Origin: an uncultured bacterium
Lineage (GTDB): Bacteria; Zixibacteria; MSB-5A5; JAABVY01; JAHJOQ01
DNA: 64,000 nucleotides
Assembly: GCA_965369655.1 (NCBI GenBank)
Contig: CBDUQR010000009.1
Span: forward strand, 1-64,000
Direction of reading: 5' to 3'
Positions 48,101 through 57,107 of the stretch are shown here, in pieces. How positions within the stretch are numbered: the stretch's first letter is position 1; each line of letters opens with the position of its first letter. The translations under genes were made by a program, and so were the position numbers. The notes under the pieces are model-generated. The model made no database searches. It saw only the letters and a list, made by a program, of their open reading frames with translations, and had not been told where the DNA came from.

Positions 48101-48879
48101 GAGACGGGGAGATATATGTCCTCAAATACGACGGTACGCCTTATCGCCCAAATCTGTCGGGGGAGGGCTCCTGGTTTGCATATGCGGATGGTTCTCTCGG
48201 CAGTCCGGTCATCGGAGACGTCTCCGGCGACGGAGAAGTGGATATTGTCGTGAGAGCAGGATCGATACTGCCCGGAACGAAATACGAGAGGATGTTCGCA
48301 TTCAACAGAGATGGTGAAGTCCTGAGCGGCTGGCCGATCTTCTCTTTCGCTTCGCCCGGCGAGGTGTCCGGCGGTGTGCAGCATACGCCCGTTTTGACCG
48401 ACGTCGATCTCGACGGTCTTACGGATCTGGTCTGCACTTCGGACGATGGCCAGGTGTATGTCTGGAGGCTGGAGACGCCATACAACCCGGACAATATCCC
48501 GTGGGGTCAATTTCTCCACGACAGCAGGAATTCGGGCATTCTGCCGAAGGATCGCATCGACACGCCTGCTGAATATCCGGGCGACGGCGGGATCATCCCT
48601 CGGTCGTTCAGTCTCGGACAGAATTACCCCAACCCGTTCAACTCAGGTACGAAGATCGAGTTTGAAATCGATAAAACATCTAAGGTGACGATCGAGATAT
48701 TCAACCTGCTGGGACAGAGGGTTCGGACTCTGTTGAATGACAGGATCGAGTACGGTAAACACGAAATCGGCTGGGATGGAAGAGACGAAGACAAGAACGA
48801 CGTCGCGTCCGGGATATACTTCTATCGGATGAAATCGAGCGACTTCGTTCAAACTCGGAAGATGGTCAAGCTGAACTGA
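45136..48879 (+). CDS. Secreted S8 (subtilisin-like) protease with FG-GAP/VCBS repeats and a FlgD-Ig C-terminal domain
   Basis: IIDTG, HGTHVAG, GTSMAAPHV triad; DxDGDG repeats; QNYPNPFN. Confidence 0.92.
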   Translation: MMKKSISTAVAAMMLVALAFLNATAFGTSRIIVKLATGANAATSAGYAATVDSLQSAGKVGLESSLFAEKAQAASLSSSVGGESFPFDKYRILMVEDDVQLDDVLAVLNADRDIEYAEPDYPIELFDIPDDPHLTNQWGVRNMGQPYLGIDRIDGFYNDVLMLKQGVIGADIHLSPTWGGEYFPGSPLLCIIDTGLDTDHPDIADNLWANPGEIPDNGIDDDHNGYIDDVLGWDFSGDTSYLGIDMPEDNDVGDSVGHGTHVAGIIGATPDNGIGIVGVCGNARVVGLKIFPNALMSVAAKAIFYATEIGADVINMSWGSPFRSELLLEVISYARSRGVLPVAASGNFGDETMLFPASYDGVLTVGASNSLDEVTFFSSYGDWVELVAPGRDILSLRASGTDMYVDLGEPYIRIIDNFYYLADGTSMAAPHVAGAAGVVLSYSPGLSPDQLQDILIESADDIIHPYGDADSTFIGWDRYSGYGRLNVEAAVLLLDGAKAKILSPYQSEIITDDMDVSGTAYSESAESYSLEISKSDDLVVWEEIASGPANISSGWLGTLQVSGKTGDYTLRLTVGDDITVFARVTLAPEQRFEISSPQDGETVALFLTVRGSVIDPDFDSYDVLMKSDESGTEWEEVYSSTRLVSDSVLCELQLGPFRPGDYTLRVVMHTTGDDFYNDVNLTIQDRLIGNFPQAAPLDGAVHFASTVSDIDGDNNPEIIVTSRKGVSVFRSDGTPFCCGWPNQFGVNCLGAPAVYDVNQDGIDEIAFCSELGFNLFDAYGARVDSFPKLKPTGLMNGFYPTTLLADIDLDSNYEMVWIAEDGNVYAYRSNGESYFASLHGWFADTHAGYYFAALLPFLFCVDFGNDGQLEIVGGYSSFRHGGIYVWQAANGQPLPGNNKSLITNDLGKLRGGCVADFNLDGEYEIAVVGRTRVNDTVFAAILDVHGEFLPGWPRIISDRLNYVVSYPAAADVDGDGYPDLLFTISSLWGDGEIYVLKYDGTPYRPNLSGEGSWFAYADGSLGSPVIGDVSGDGEVDIVVRAGSILPGTKYERMFAFNRDGEVLSGWPIFSFASPGEVSGGVQHTPVLTDVDLDGLTDLVCTSDDGQVYVWRLETPYNPDNIPWGQFLHDSRNSGILPKDRIDTPAEYPGDGGIIPRSFSLGQNYPNPFNSGTKIEFEIDKTSKVTIEIFNLLGQRVRTLLNDRIEYGKHEIGWDGRDEDKNDVASGIYFYRMKSSDFVQTRKMVKLN

Positions 48880-48880
48880 C

Positions 48881-51121
48881 ATGCGCACATCGCGGATTAC
48901 ATTGTTATTGCTGACTACGACTCTTGTCGTTGCGATATTTCCCAACCTGTTCGCATCGAATGCCCCGGTGAGCTTCAGCGACAAAATTAGCGTTCACTTC
49001 GAATCGGATCTCCTCTGGAGAACTGTCTATGATGCGAAGCATGATAAGGGGACGATTTTCCTTCTGATGGTTAACGGTCTTCAGGCCTACGATGGCGGCG
49101 TCGATTTCGTGAATCCGTCGTTCGTGTCGCAGTTGAGGCTTGACGAGGCGTACGACCATCTCGAACTGGCTGGCGATCACGGTGCAGTCTATACGAGCGA
49201 TGGTCGGATTGCGTTTGTCGACATTGCCGATCTGCATGATATTCGTCTGAGCGGAACCATTGACGTGAACGACACGCTTTTTGATTATGCGATGTACGAT
49301 TCCGCCGGTTTCGTTGCTTGTGGATTTGAGGGAGTCAGGATCATCGACCAGTCGGACCTGCAGAATGCTGTGGTGACAGGCACGCTGGAGGATGCTGTGC
49401 ATGCCGTCGCCGTCGAGGCTGCGAACGGATATTTATATGTGGTCGACGATTTCAACGGGCTGCTTGTCTACGATCTCGACGACCCGCTTGAGCCGCAGTT
49501 GATCGATTATATTCTGTTCTCATCATCCGTGAGGGATATCTCGGTGACCGGCGACAGGTTGTATCTCGCGTGTGGCGAATCAGGAGTTCACGCCTACAGT
49601 ATCGAGCTCCCATGGCGGATCGTTCCGCGCAGAACGTATGCGACCGATTCGCGGGTTCTGAAAGTCGAATCATTCGATGAGGCGGTGCTGGCCGTCGACC
49701 TGTTCGGAGCAGCTCATGTTTTCGGCACAGGGAGTTCGGAGGCGAGGATGGTCCTCGACAGCCGGGATGCGTCCGACCGTTTCGATTTCGCCAGACGAAA
49801 CGGGCGCGATTACCTGTTTGCACCTGACCGGTCGGGCGATTTCAGGGTGTTGTCGGTCGATAACGGGTCGGAGCCGGATCGAGTCTGGTTATATCCCGGG
49901 TCGTATCGGATTTCGAGTGTCGCTCTGGTCGACAGTCTCCTCCTCGTATCGGGAGCGTCCGATGATCTCGGCATCTGGAAGATCGGCGCCGGTGCGCCGG
50001 AGATGGTATCATCGCTTGAATCATCCAATCAGTTCACGTATGTGACAGCGCTCGATTCGCTGGTGATGGTGGCTGAGAACAGCCTTGCCACCGGTTTCAT
50101 ACATCTGCTGAGCACCGCGGATGCCTGCTGCATGCTAAACATGAAAAAAACCCTGACGTCAGTTCCGGACGTCGCCGACATCAAGGCGGAATACAACGAC
50201 ACGGGAAGCGTTGACTTGGTATCATTCGGCGCCGATGGCACGATGATTATAACCATAGGTTTCCCGGAGGAACCGCCGGAGGATTTCTATGTTGCGACTG
50301 GGTATGCGTTCATCCCATCCGGTTTCCGCGTTGCGGCGGTGGATAGAGCGGGGGGCTACGTTTACACCGTGACCTCCAAGGGGTCTATCGGCACGATCTA
50401 CGATGCGAGGACAGTTGGCCACAGTGATCCCGTGACCGAAATCGGCAGCTTCTCGATACGGGGAAGTGTCAGGAGTATCGAGGTTCTCGACAGTGTTTGC
50501 TATGTTGCCGGGATGTTCGGTCTCAGAGTATTTGAGATGGACGGCCCGCTGATCGGTTCGCTGACCGATGATCGGTATGGCTCGTATGATTTTCTGGACC
50601 TGGTGCTCGATGAAGAATCCGACCTGATGTTTGCAGCGATGGGAGACGATGGCGTCGCGATTTTCGATATCTCCGACCGCACATCTCCAGAGTTGATGTC
50701 GATCATGGATACTCCCGGTTTTGCGCGGCAGCTCGATTTTGCCGATGGCGTTATCGCGGTAGCGGACGAGCATTCCGTTCAGATGTTCAGATACGAACTG
50801 TACCACAGCGAACGCGACCATATTCTTCCGAAGAATTTCTCCCTCTCACAGAATTATCCCAACCCATTCAACGGTCTCACGAGGATCACTGTCTCCGTTC
50901 CAGCTTCCGGGTCGGAGGGAGAACGAGTGACGCTCGAGATAATAAACCTGCTCGGCCAGGTGGTCAGAACGATCGTCGACCAGCCTCTTGACCCGGGGAT
51001 TCACGTTTTCACCTGGGATGCGAGAGAATCATTGGGTGAAGGGGTCGCGAGCGGGATATACTTCTGCAGGCTTTCAGTTGCCGGTTTCTGTGAAATGCGG
51101 AAGATGCTGTATCTGAAATAG
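48881..51121 (+). CDS. Secreted LVIVD-repeat propeller protein with a FlgD-Ig C-terminal domain
   Basis: YLYVVDDFNGLLVYDL, GVAIFDISDRTSP, QNYPNPFN. Confidence 0.8.
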   Translation: MRTSRITLLLLTTTLVVAIFPNLFASNAPVSFSDKISVHFESDLLWRTVYDAKHDKGTIFLLMVNGLQAYDGGVDFVNPSFVSQLRLDEAYDHLELAGDHGAVYTSDGRIAFVDIADLHDIRLSGTIDVNDTLFDYAMYDSAGFVACGFEGVRIIDQSDLQNAVVTGTLEDAVHAVAVEAANGYLYVVDDFNGLLVYDLDDPLEPQLIDYILFSSSVRDISVTGDRLYLACGESGVHAYSIELPWRIVPRRTYATDSRVLKVESFDEAVLAVDLFGAAHVFGTGSSEARMVLDSRDASDRFDFARRNGRDYLFAPDRSGDFRVLSVDNGSEPDRVWLYPGSYRISSVALVDSLLLVSGASDDLGIWKIGAGAPEMVSSLESSNQFTYVTALDSLVMVAENSLATGFIHLLSTADACCMLNMKKTLTSVPDVADIKAEYNDTGSVDLVSFGADGTMIITIGFPEEPPEDFYVATGYAFIPSGFRVAAVDRAGGYVYTVTSKGSIGTIYDARTVGHSDPVTEIGSFSIRGSVRSIEVLDSVCYVAGMFGLRVFEMDGPLIGSLTDDRYGSYDFLDLVLDEESDLMFAAMGDDGVAIFDISDRTSPELMSIMDTPGFARQLDFADGVIAVADEHSVQMFRYELYHSERDHILPKNFSLSQNYPNPFNGLTRITVSVPASGSEGERVTLEIINLLGQVVRTIVDQPLDPGIHVFTWDARESLGEGVASGIYFCRLSVAGFCEMRKMLYLK

Positions 51122-51280
51122 CGATACTGCCAGCTAACTCCGTCATCAATAACTGGAAACACGCTGCCCGCATACGCGTAGAATTCTACGGACAATTGTG
51201 TCGTGTGACAGTAGAACATTGTCTTGACACGATTCACGCGATTTGATAGTTTCTCGTTAGATACAGAAGGGAAGGTGATC

Positions 51281-51988
51281 ATGAAAAATCCTGTTCTGAT
51301 AGCATTACAGTTCCTGCTGGCGATCTGCGTACTTGCGCCGACTATGGCTTTCGGTGGTAAGAAGGATGCTGGCGAGACTATCGGTGATTCAATTTATGTG
51401 GACAACAAGTTCGGGTTCTCGCTGACTAAGATAGATACGTGGAAGTTCCAGATGGTATTCAAGGACAAAGACATAACTCGAATAGTGTTGATCAAGAAAA
51501 GCCCGATAATTCCTGCTCAGTTCACCGACCACAAGGACTATTTCACTCAGCCGCAAGTGACTGTGCTGGCGTATGAAAAGAAAGCCAAACCGAAAGAGTA
51601 CGCTGCATTTCTCATTGATGACAAGGGTAAAGATGACCTGAAGAAGAAAGCGTATCAGAAGTTTATCCTCTTCCAGGCGGAATCGAAGTACAACTTCGAG
51701 CATCAGAAAACCAGATCAACGAAGATCGGTGGTGAGCATGCGGCGAGGATCAAGGGCAGGAAGCAGTACTACTGGGCTTTTGAAGGCAAAGGCGCCCAGG
51801 ATGAGGAGCGGTCCGGATATGCGCGTGGAGAGATTCTTTCCGACTATGTCTCGGGCAGCATATACGTCATCTGTACCGATAAGAATATTGTTCTGGTAGA
51901 GTGTGTTGGAGAGAGGGAAATGATTCGCAAGCTGAGTGAGGATTTCGACGCGATACTCGATGGGTTCGCATTTAGCGATGATGACTGA
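51281..51988 (+). CDS. Exported hypothetical protein
   Basis: Signal peptide, YVDNKFGFSL (loosely PsbP-like). Confidence 0.65.
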   Translation: MKNPVLIALQFLLAICVLAPTMAFGGKKDAGETIGDSIYVDNKFGFSLTKIDTWKFQMVFKDKDITRIVLIKKSPIIPAQFTDHKDYFTQPQVTVLAYEKKAKPKEYAAFLIDDKGKDDLKKKAYQKFILFQAESKYNFEHQKTRSTKIGGEHAARIKGRKQYYWAFEGKGAQDEERSGYARGEILSDYVSGSIYVICTDKNIVLVECVGEREMIRKLSEDFDAILDGFAFSDDD

Positions 51989-52028
51989 GAGCCTGTTCTC
52001 GCTCGTAGACGCTTCTCGTTGTTTTTGT

Positions 52029-52057
52029 TTGACAGTCTTGCTGCGTCCCGGTAATTT
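52029..52057 (+). promoter_or_regulatory. Putative sigma70 promoter of the lapA-mutL-miaA operon
   Basis: TTGACA-N17-TAATTT. Confidence 0.5.
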
Positions 52058-52083
52058 ACTGATGCCTGGCTAAAGGAGGATTC

Positions 52084-52410
52084 ATGTGGGCAATTAGATA
52101 TTTTCTTCTCCTGATCCTGATCGTGGTGATTCTCGGGTTTGCGGTGCTGAACTCCTCCCAGAAAGTGCTGATAAACCTCCCGAACAGGATGATCACTGAT
52201 GTTCCGCTGACCGTGGTGATTCTCTGTGCGTTCTGCGTGGGACTACTGGTAAGCTTTATTCTGACTATCGCTCATACGATGAAGATGTCCGGCCAGGTTC
52301 GGAATGGCCGAAGGAAGGTCACGCAACTGGAAATGGAGCTTGCCGCGCTGAGGAACCGTTCGCTCGAGGACATCGACAATCTCGATGAAAGCGAGGTCAA
52401 GACGGAATGA
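52084..52410 (+). CDS. lapA: LapA family membrane protein
   Basis: FAVLN..V, VPLTVVILCAFCVGLL, C-terminal coiled coil ELAALRN. Confidence 0.8.
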   Translation: MWAIRYFLLLILIVVILGFAVLNSSQKVLINLPNRMITDVPLTVVILCAFCVGLLVSFILTIAHTMKMSGQVRNGRRKVTQLEMELAALRNRSLEDIDNLDESEVKTE

Positions 52411-53471
52411 CCACATTTGGATGGATTGTAGCGGCGGTAGTGGTTGTGGCGGCTGCCGGCGGCGGAGTATACTATTACTATTTTCGCGGGCAGTTGCGCG
52501 ATAGGGTATCTCCGGATGACAGCTATGTGGAAGCGCTCAGGGCGCTTCTGGACGGCAACCATACGCTGGCGTTTCTCAAGCTCAAAGAGACCGTTACTCA
52601 CGATTCGAACAACATCGACGCATATCTTCGCCTCGCGGCTCTGTTGCGCCAGCGCGGTATGCATGCGAAGGCGTTGCAACTCGGAACGGACTTGAGCATC
52701 AGGCAGAATGTCAGCGCCGCCGATCGTGTCAGGATTCTCTACAATCTTGCCGAGGATCATGTGGTCGCAGGCAAGGCTGAATCCGCCGAGGGCATCTACC
52801 GGCAACTTCTCCAGATGAGCGGGCAGAAGCCGACCGTTACGCAGAAACTCGTTGAGTTGTATGAGCGCATGGGAAGGTGGAATGATGCGTTCAGGGCGGG
52901 TCAGAACTACCTCGATCTTACCGGAAATCGCGACAAATCTTCGCTCTCGAAGTATAAGATCAGGATAGCAACGAAGCTTGTATCCGATGGGGAGTTTCAC
53001 AAGGCTCGCGTGGAGTTCAAGGAGGCTTTGAAGCTCGACAAGAAGTGTGCGGAAGCTGTGGTTGGGCTTGGCGACGCCTATGAGAAAGAGAATCGAACCG
53101 AGGATGCAGTCAAAGCCTGGCGGAGGATCATTGATGTTGCACCCGAGAAGGCGGAGCTTGTCTTTGAGCGTCTCAGGAAAGCCCTGTTTGATCTTGGACA
53201 GTTTGGCGAGATCGAGGAATTGTACACCAAAGTGCTGGAGAGGGACAATGACAATGTCGCCGCCCTGACCGGTCTGGCGAATCTCTCAGAGAAGAAAGGC
53301 GACCCGGCGCATGCCGAGGATACATATCATCGCATACTCGAAATAAAGCCCGACTACGCTCCCGCAATCGTAGGACTCCTGAAACTGTACAGGGAAGAAA
53401 AGAGATTCGGCGAAGCCGCCAAGGTCATAGACAAAACGGTTGACTCGATTCTTACTGTCGACAAGTCATAA
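52407..53471 (+). CDS. lapB: LapB-like TPR membrane protein
   Basis: N-terminal TM, YVEALRALL, DAYLRLAALLRQRG; follows lapA. Confidence 0.7.
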   Translation: MTTFGWIVAAVVVVAAAGGGVYYYYFRGQLRDRVSPDDSYVEALRALLDGNHTLAFLKLKETVTHDSNNIDAYLRLAALLRQRGMHAKALQLGTDLSIRQNVSAADRVRILYNLAEDHVVAGKAESAEGIYRQLLQMSGQKPTVTQKLVELYERMGRWNDAFRAGQNYLDLTGNRDKSSLSKYKIRIATKLVSDGEFHKARVEFKEALKLDKKCAEAVVGLGDAYEKENRTEDAVKAWRRIIDVAPEKAELVFERLRKALFDLGQFGEIEELYTKVLERDNDNVAALTGLANLSEKKGDPAHAEDTYHRILEIKPDYAPAIVGLLKLYREEKRFGEAAKVIDKTVDSILTVDKS

Positions 53472-53478
53472 GCCCAAA

Positions 53479-54495
53479 ATGATCTCACATGTTCGAACAA
53501 GCATAGCGCTGGCCGCGGCTGCGGCGGCCTTTTTGTTCTGGAGCAGTTCTGCGTCCGGGGGAAGATACTCGGAGATAGAAGACCTGCTGCGCTCCGGTAA
53601 TTTCCAACTCGCGACAGAGCAACTCGACAGAGTTGTCGGTTCCGATTTCATCGATGCCGAGGGATTCTATCATTATTCGAGGCTCGAAATCAGGGGCGAG
53701 ATCGCGCTGGAGCATCTTCGCAAAAGTCTGAATCTCTGCGACGATACCGACTGCTCCCCCACTCTCGCCGAACTCGCGGACGCGCTATATACAAGCGGAG
53801 AATATGAGAGAGTGATTCAACTCTTCGACAAGTACTCGAAAAAAATCGCGATATCGCATGCAGGTTTTGAATTCTACTGGTTTGCAGCCATGTCGAGAAT
53901 GCGCAACGGTGATTTCAAGGATGCCGAAAAAACATTCAAGAAAATCGAGAAGAAGTTCGACACTGCGCGTTATTCGTCATGGGGCATTCTTGGCAGAGGA
54001 CTCGCAAACGATGGCGCAGGCAAGACGAAAGACGCCTCGTCCCGGTTCCGCTCTCTGACCGCATCGGGCGGAGAGATATCGGCTCTCGCGCTTTACAACG
54101 AATCGATCGTTGCCGCAGAGAGCGGCAGGAGAGAGGATGCTCTTCACGGCTACAATCTTCTGGACATTCGATTCGATGATTTCATTGGAAGCGCCGAGCT
54201 TGCGTATCTGATACTTGACAAGGATCGGCCCCCAGCGTCCGGCGATGCCGAGCAGCTTGCAGATGTTACCTACACAATCGAGATGGGTCTCTTCAGGGAG
54301 AGAGAAGAAGCTGACAAATTGTACGGCAGGCTTAAGGCGGGCAAGTGGTCGGTCAGGCTCGACAGGCGGCGGATCGCCGACAGAAGCTACTGGGCTGTTC
54401 AAGTCGGGATTTTCAGAAGCAGGGAGTCGGCGGATGAAACCAGAAAGAAGCTGGAGAGTCTGATACCGGGCAATTACCGCGTGGTTTTGAGATAG
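53479..54495 (+). CDS. TPR + SPOR domain protein
   Basis: YTIEMGLFREREEA..YWAVQVGIFRSRESA. Confidence 0.75.
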   Translation: MISHVRTSIALAAAAAAFLFWSSSASGGRYSEIEDLLRSGNFQLATEQLDRVVGSDFIDAEGFYHYSRLEIRGEIALEHLRKSLNLCDDTDCSPTLAELADALYTSGEYERVIQLFDKYSKKIAISHAGFEFYWFAAMSRMRNGDFKDAEKTFKKIEKKFDTARYSSWGILGRGLANDGAGKTKDASSRFRSLTASGGEISALALYNESIVAAESGRREDALHGYNLLDIRFDDFIGSAELAYLILDKDRPPASGDAEQLADVTYTIEMGLFREREEADKLYGRLKAGKWSVRLDRRRIADRSYWAVQVGIFRSRESADETRKKLESLIPGNYRVVLR

Positions 54496-54503
54496 TCATT
54501 CCT

Positions 54504-57107
54504 ATGGCCGATAAACCTACACCGTTCATGGAACAGTACAACCGGATCAAGAGCCGGTACCCGGACAAGATACTGTTCTTTCGCATGGGCGACTTCTACG
54601 AGATGTTCGGCGATGACGCCGTGAAGGCGGCGCCTATCCTCGGTATCACTCTCACATCACGCGCGCACGGGAAAAATGGCAACATCCCGCTCGCCGGTGT
54701 GCCGTACCACGCCGCTGAGAAGTACCTGGCGAGGCTGGTCAATGCGGGCGAGAAGGTCGTCATCTGCGAACAGGTCGAGGACCCGAAACTCGCGCGCGGT
54801 CTTGTGAAGCGAGATGTTGTGGAAGTCATCACTCCGGGTACGGTTGCTATCGAGGGTGCGCTGGACCGTGACACGAACAACTATCTCGCCGCACTGTATC
54901 GGGATCGGAACTGCATCGGCATATCATACACAGATATGACGACGGGGGAGTTTTTCGTCGACGAGACTGATGTCGCAAAACTGCCGGATCGACTGCTCAA
55001 TCTCAATGCGGCGGAAATTATTTTGCCTGATGATTCGGACGATCTGGCTGATATGATAAAGGGCGTGATCGTGCAGGCTGCGCTGACTCCGCTCGAAGGC
55101 TGGAAATTCGATCGACAGATGGCTCGCGAGACTCTCTGCGAGCAGTTCGGCGTCGTTTCGCTCGATGGTTTCGGGCTTGATGGTATGACTGCCGGCGTGT
55201 CTGCTGCGGGCGCCGTAATCGCCTACCTCAACGAGACCAGGATGGGTGCGCTGAAACACATCACCAAAATCTCCCGCGTGAGCGACGATCATCTGATGTT
55301 TCTCGATTTCGCAACGCTGACGAATCTCGAAATCGTGACCGCCGCCGACGGCAGCAATTCGCTGTACAATCATATTAACTTTACGAAAACACCGATGGGC
55401 GCGAGGATGCTTCGTCGGTGGCTTGTCAGTCCGCTGAAAAACAGGGATCGGATTCTGCTGCGGCAAAGCGCGGTCGAGGAGCTATCGGATAAGAGATCTG
55501 AGAGGAAAGACGTTATAGAGATATTGGGACGAATCGGCGATATCGAACGCCTGGCCGGGAAAGTCGGCTCGCTGCGAGCATCGCCGAGAGATATCGTCGG
55601 ACTCGGCAAAGCCATGTTGCAAACTGTCGCGCTTCATGCAGTCGTATCTCAACTCTCGTCCGAGCTTTTCAACTCGCTGACTATCAGCCCCGATGAATTG
55701 AATGAAATCGCCGAATTAATCTCGAATGCGATTGTCGAAACTCCCCCAAGTCTGTTGCATGAAGGCGGCATAATGAAGCCGGGTTTCGACGAGTCGCTCG
55801 ACCGGATGAACGAGGAGATCAAGTCCTCCAAAGAGTGGATCGCGTCGTTGCAGGAGCGTGAGCGTGAGAGGACCGGCATCCCGGTTCTCAAGGTCGGTTA
55901 CAACAGGGTTTTCGGATACTACATCGAAGTGACCAGGCCGCATCTTGGCAAAGTGCCGCCGGAATACATTCGCAAGCAGACACTGGTATCGGCGGAGAGA
56001 TTCGTCACTCCGGATCTGAAGGAGAAAGAAGAACTGGTTCTGAAAGCCGAGGAGAAGATCAACGCGCTCGAACAGAAGCTCTTCGAGGATCTTCGTCTCA
56101 AGCTCTCCGACCGCATCGCTCTGTATCAATCGGCAGCGCTCTATGTCGCGATCGTGGATGTAATCACTTCGATGGCGTCGGTCGCCGAAAAGAATCGATA
56201 TGTCAAACCTGAGATAAACGATAGTCCGGACCTCGAAATCATCGGCGGACGGCATCCGGTTCTCGAAGGAGTTCTCCCGTCCGGCAGCTTCGTTCCCAAT
56301 GACACCGAAATCATCGCTGCAAAGTCGCAGATACAGATCATCACAGGTCCCAATATGGCGGGCAAATCGACATACCTGAGACAGGTCGGGCTGATCGTAC
56401 TGCTTGCGCAGATTGGATCGTTTGTGCCAGCCGAGAGCGCTTCGATCGGCCTTGTCGACAGGATATTCACGAGGGTGGGTGCTGCGGACAAACTGACGCT
56501 CGGGCAGTCGACATTCCTCGTGGAGATGAACGAGACGGCGAACATTTTGAACAATGCAACATCGAGAAGTCTGATACTCCTCGACGAAGTTGGCCGAGGC
56601 ACATCGACATATGACGGCCTCTCTATCGCGTGGTCAGTGGCAGAATATCTGCACGAGACGCCGGATCGCCAGGCGCGGACACTGTTCGCCACGCATTATC
56701 ACGAACTGACTCAGCTCGCATCGCGATTCAAACGAGTGCGGAATTTTCAGGTGGCGGTTCGCGAGTGGCAGGATCAGATTGTGTTTCTCAGGAAGATCGT
56801 ACCGGGCGGATGTGACGATTCTTATGGGATCGAGGTTGCGCGGATGGCGGGACTGCCTAATGAAGTTACGAGTCGAGCCAGGATACTGCTCGAATTGATC
56901 GAGTCGGGTAATTTCTTTTCGACCGACGGCGACAAGCCGATAGCCGAAGCCGAGAAAGATCTCTTCTCGTTCAAACATGGCGACTCCAACAAACTGAAGA
57001 AAAAGATATATGATCGGATAAAAGAGTTGCACCCGGAACAGATGACGCCACTCGAAGCGTTGAATCTCATTGCGGAACTCAAACGACTGGTTGACGATGA
57101 CGTGTAG
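54504..57107 (+). CDS. mutS: DNA mismatch repair protein MutS
   Basis: TPFMEQY, FFRMGDFYE, TGPNMAGKST, DEVGRGTST. Confidence 0.98.
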   Translation: MADKPTPFMEQYNRIKSRYPDKILFFRMGDFYEMFGDDAVKAAPILGITLTSRAHGKNGNIPLAGVPYHAAEKYLARLVNAGEKVVICEQVEDPKLARGLVKRDVVEVITPGTVAIEGALDRDTNNYLAALYRDRNCIGISYTDMTTGEFFVDETDVAKLPDRLLNLNAAEIILPDDSDDLADMIKGVIVQAALTPLEGWKFDRQMARETLCEQFGVVSLDGFGLDGMTAGVSAAGAVIAYLNETRMGALKHITKISRVSDDHLMFLDFATLTNLEIVTAADGSNSLYNHINFTKTPMGARMLRRWLVSPLKNRDRILLRQSAVEELSDKRSERKDVIEILGRIGDIERLAGKVGSLRASPRDIVGLGKAMLQTVALHAVVSQLSSELFNSLTISPDELNEIAELISNAIVETPPSLLHEGGIMKPGFDESLDRMNEEIKSSKEWIASLQERERERTGIPVLKVGYNRVFGYYIEVTRPHLGKVPPEYIRKQTLVSAERFVTPDLKEKEELVLKAEEKINALEQKLFEDLRLKLSDRIALYQSAALYVAIVDVITSMASVAEKNRYVKPEINDSPDLEIIGGRHPVLEGVLPSGSFVPNDTEIIAAKSQIQIITGPNMAGKSTYLRQVGLIVLLAQIGSFVPAESASIGLVDRIFTRVGAADKLTLGQSTFLVEMNETANILNNATSRSLILLDEVGRGTSTYDGLSIAWSVAEYLHETPDRQARTLFATHYHELTQLASRFKRVRNFQVAVREWQDQIVFLRKIVPGGCDDSYGIEVARMAGLPNEVTSRARILLELIESGNFFSTDGDKPIAEAEKDLFSFKHGDSNKLKKKIYDRIKELHPEQMTPLEALNLIAELKRLVDDDV

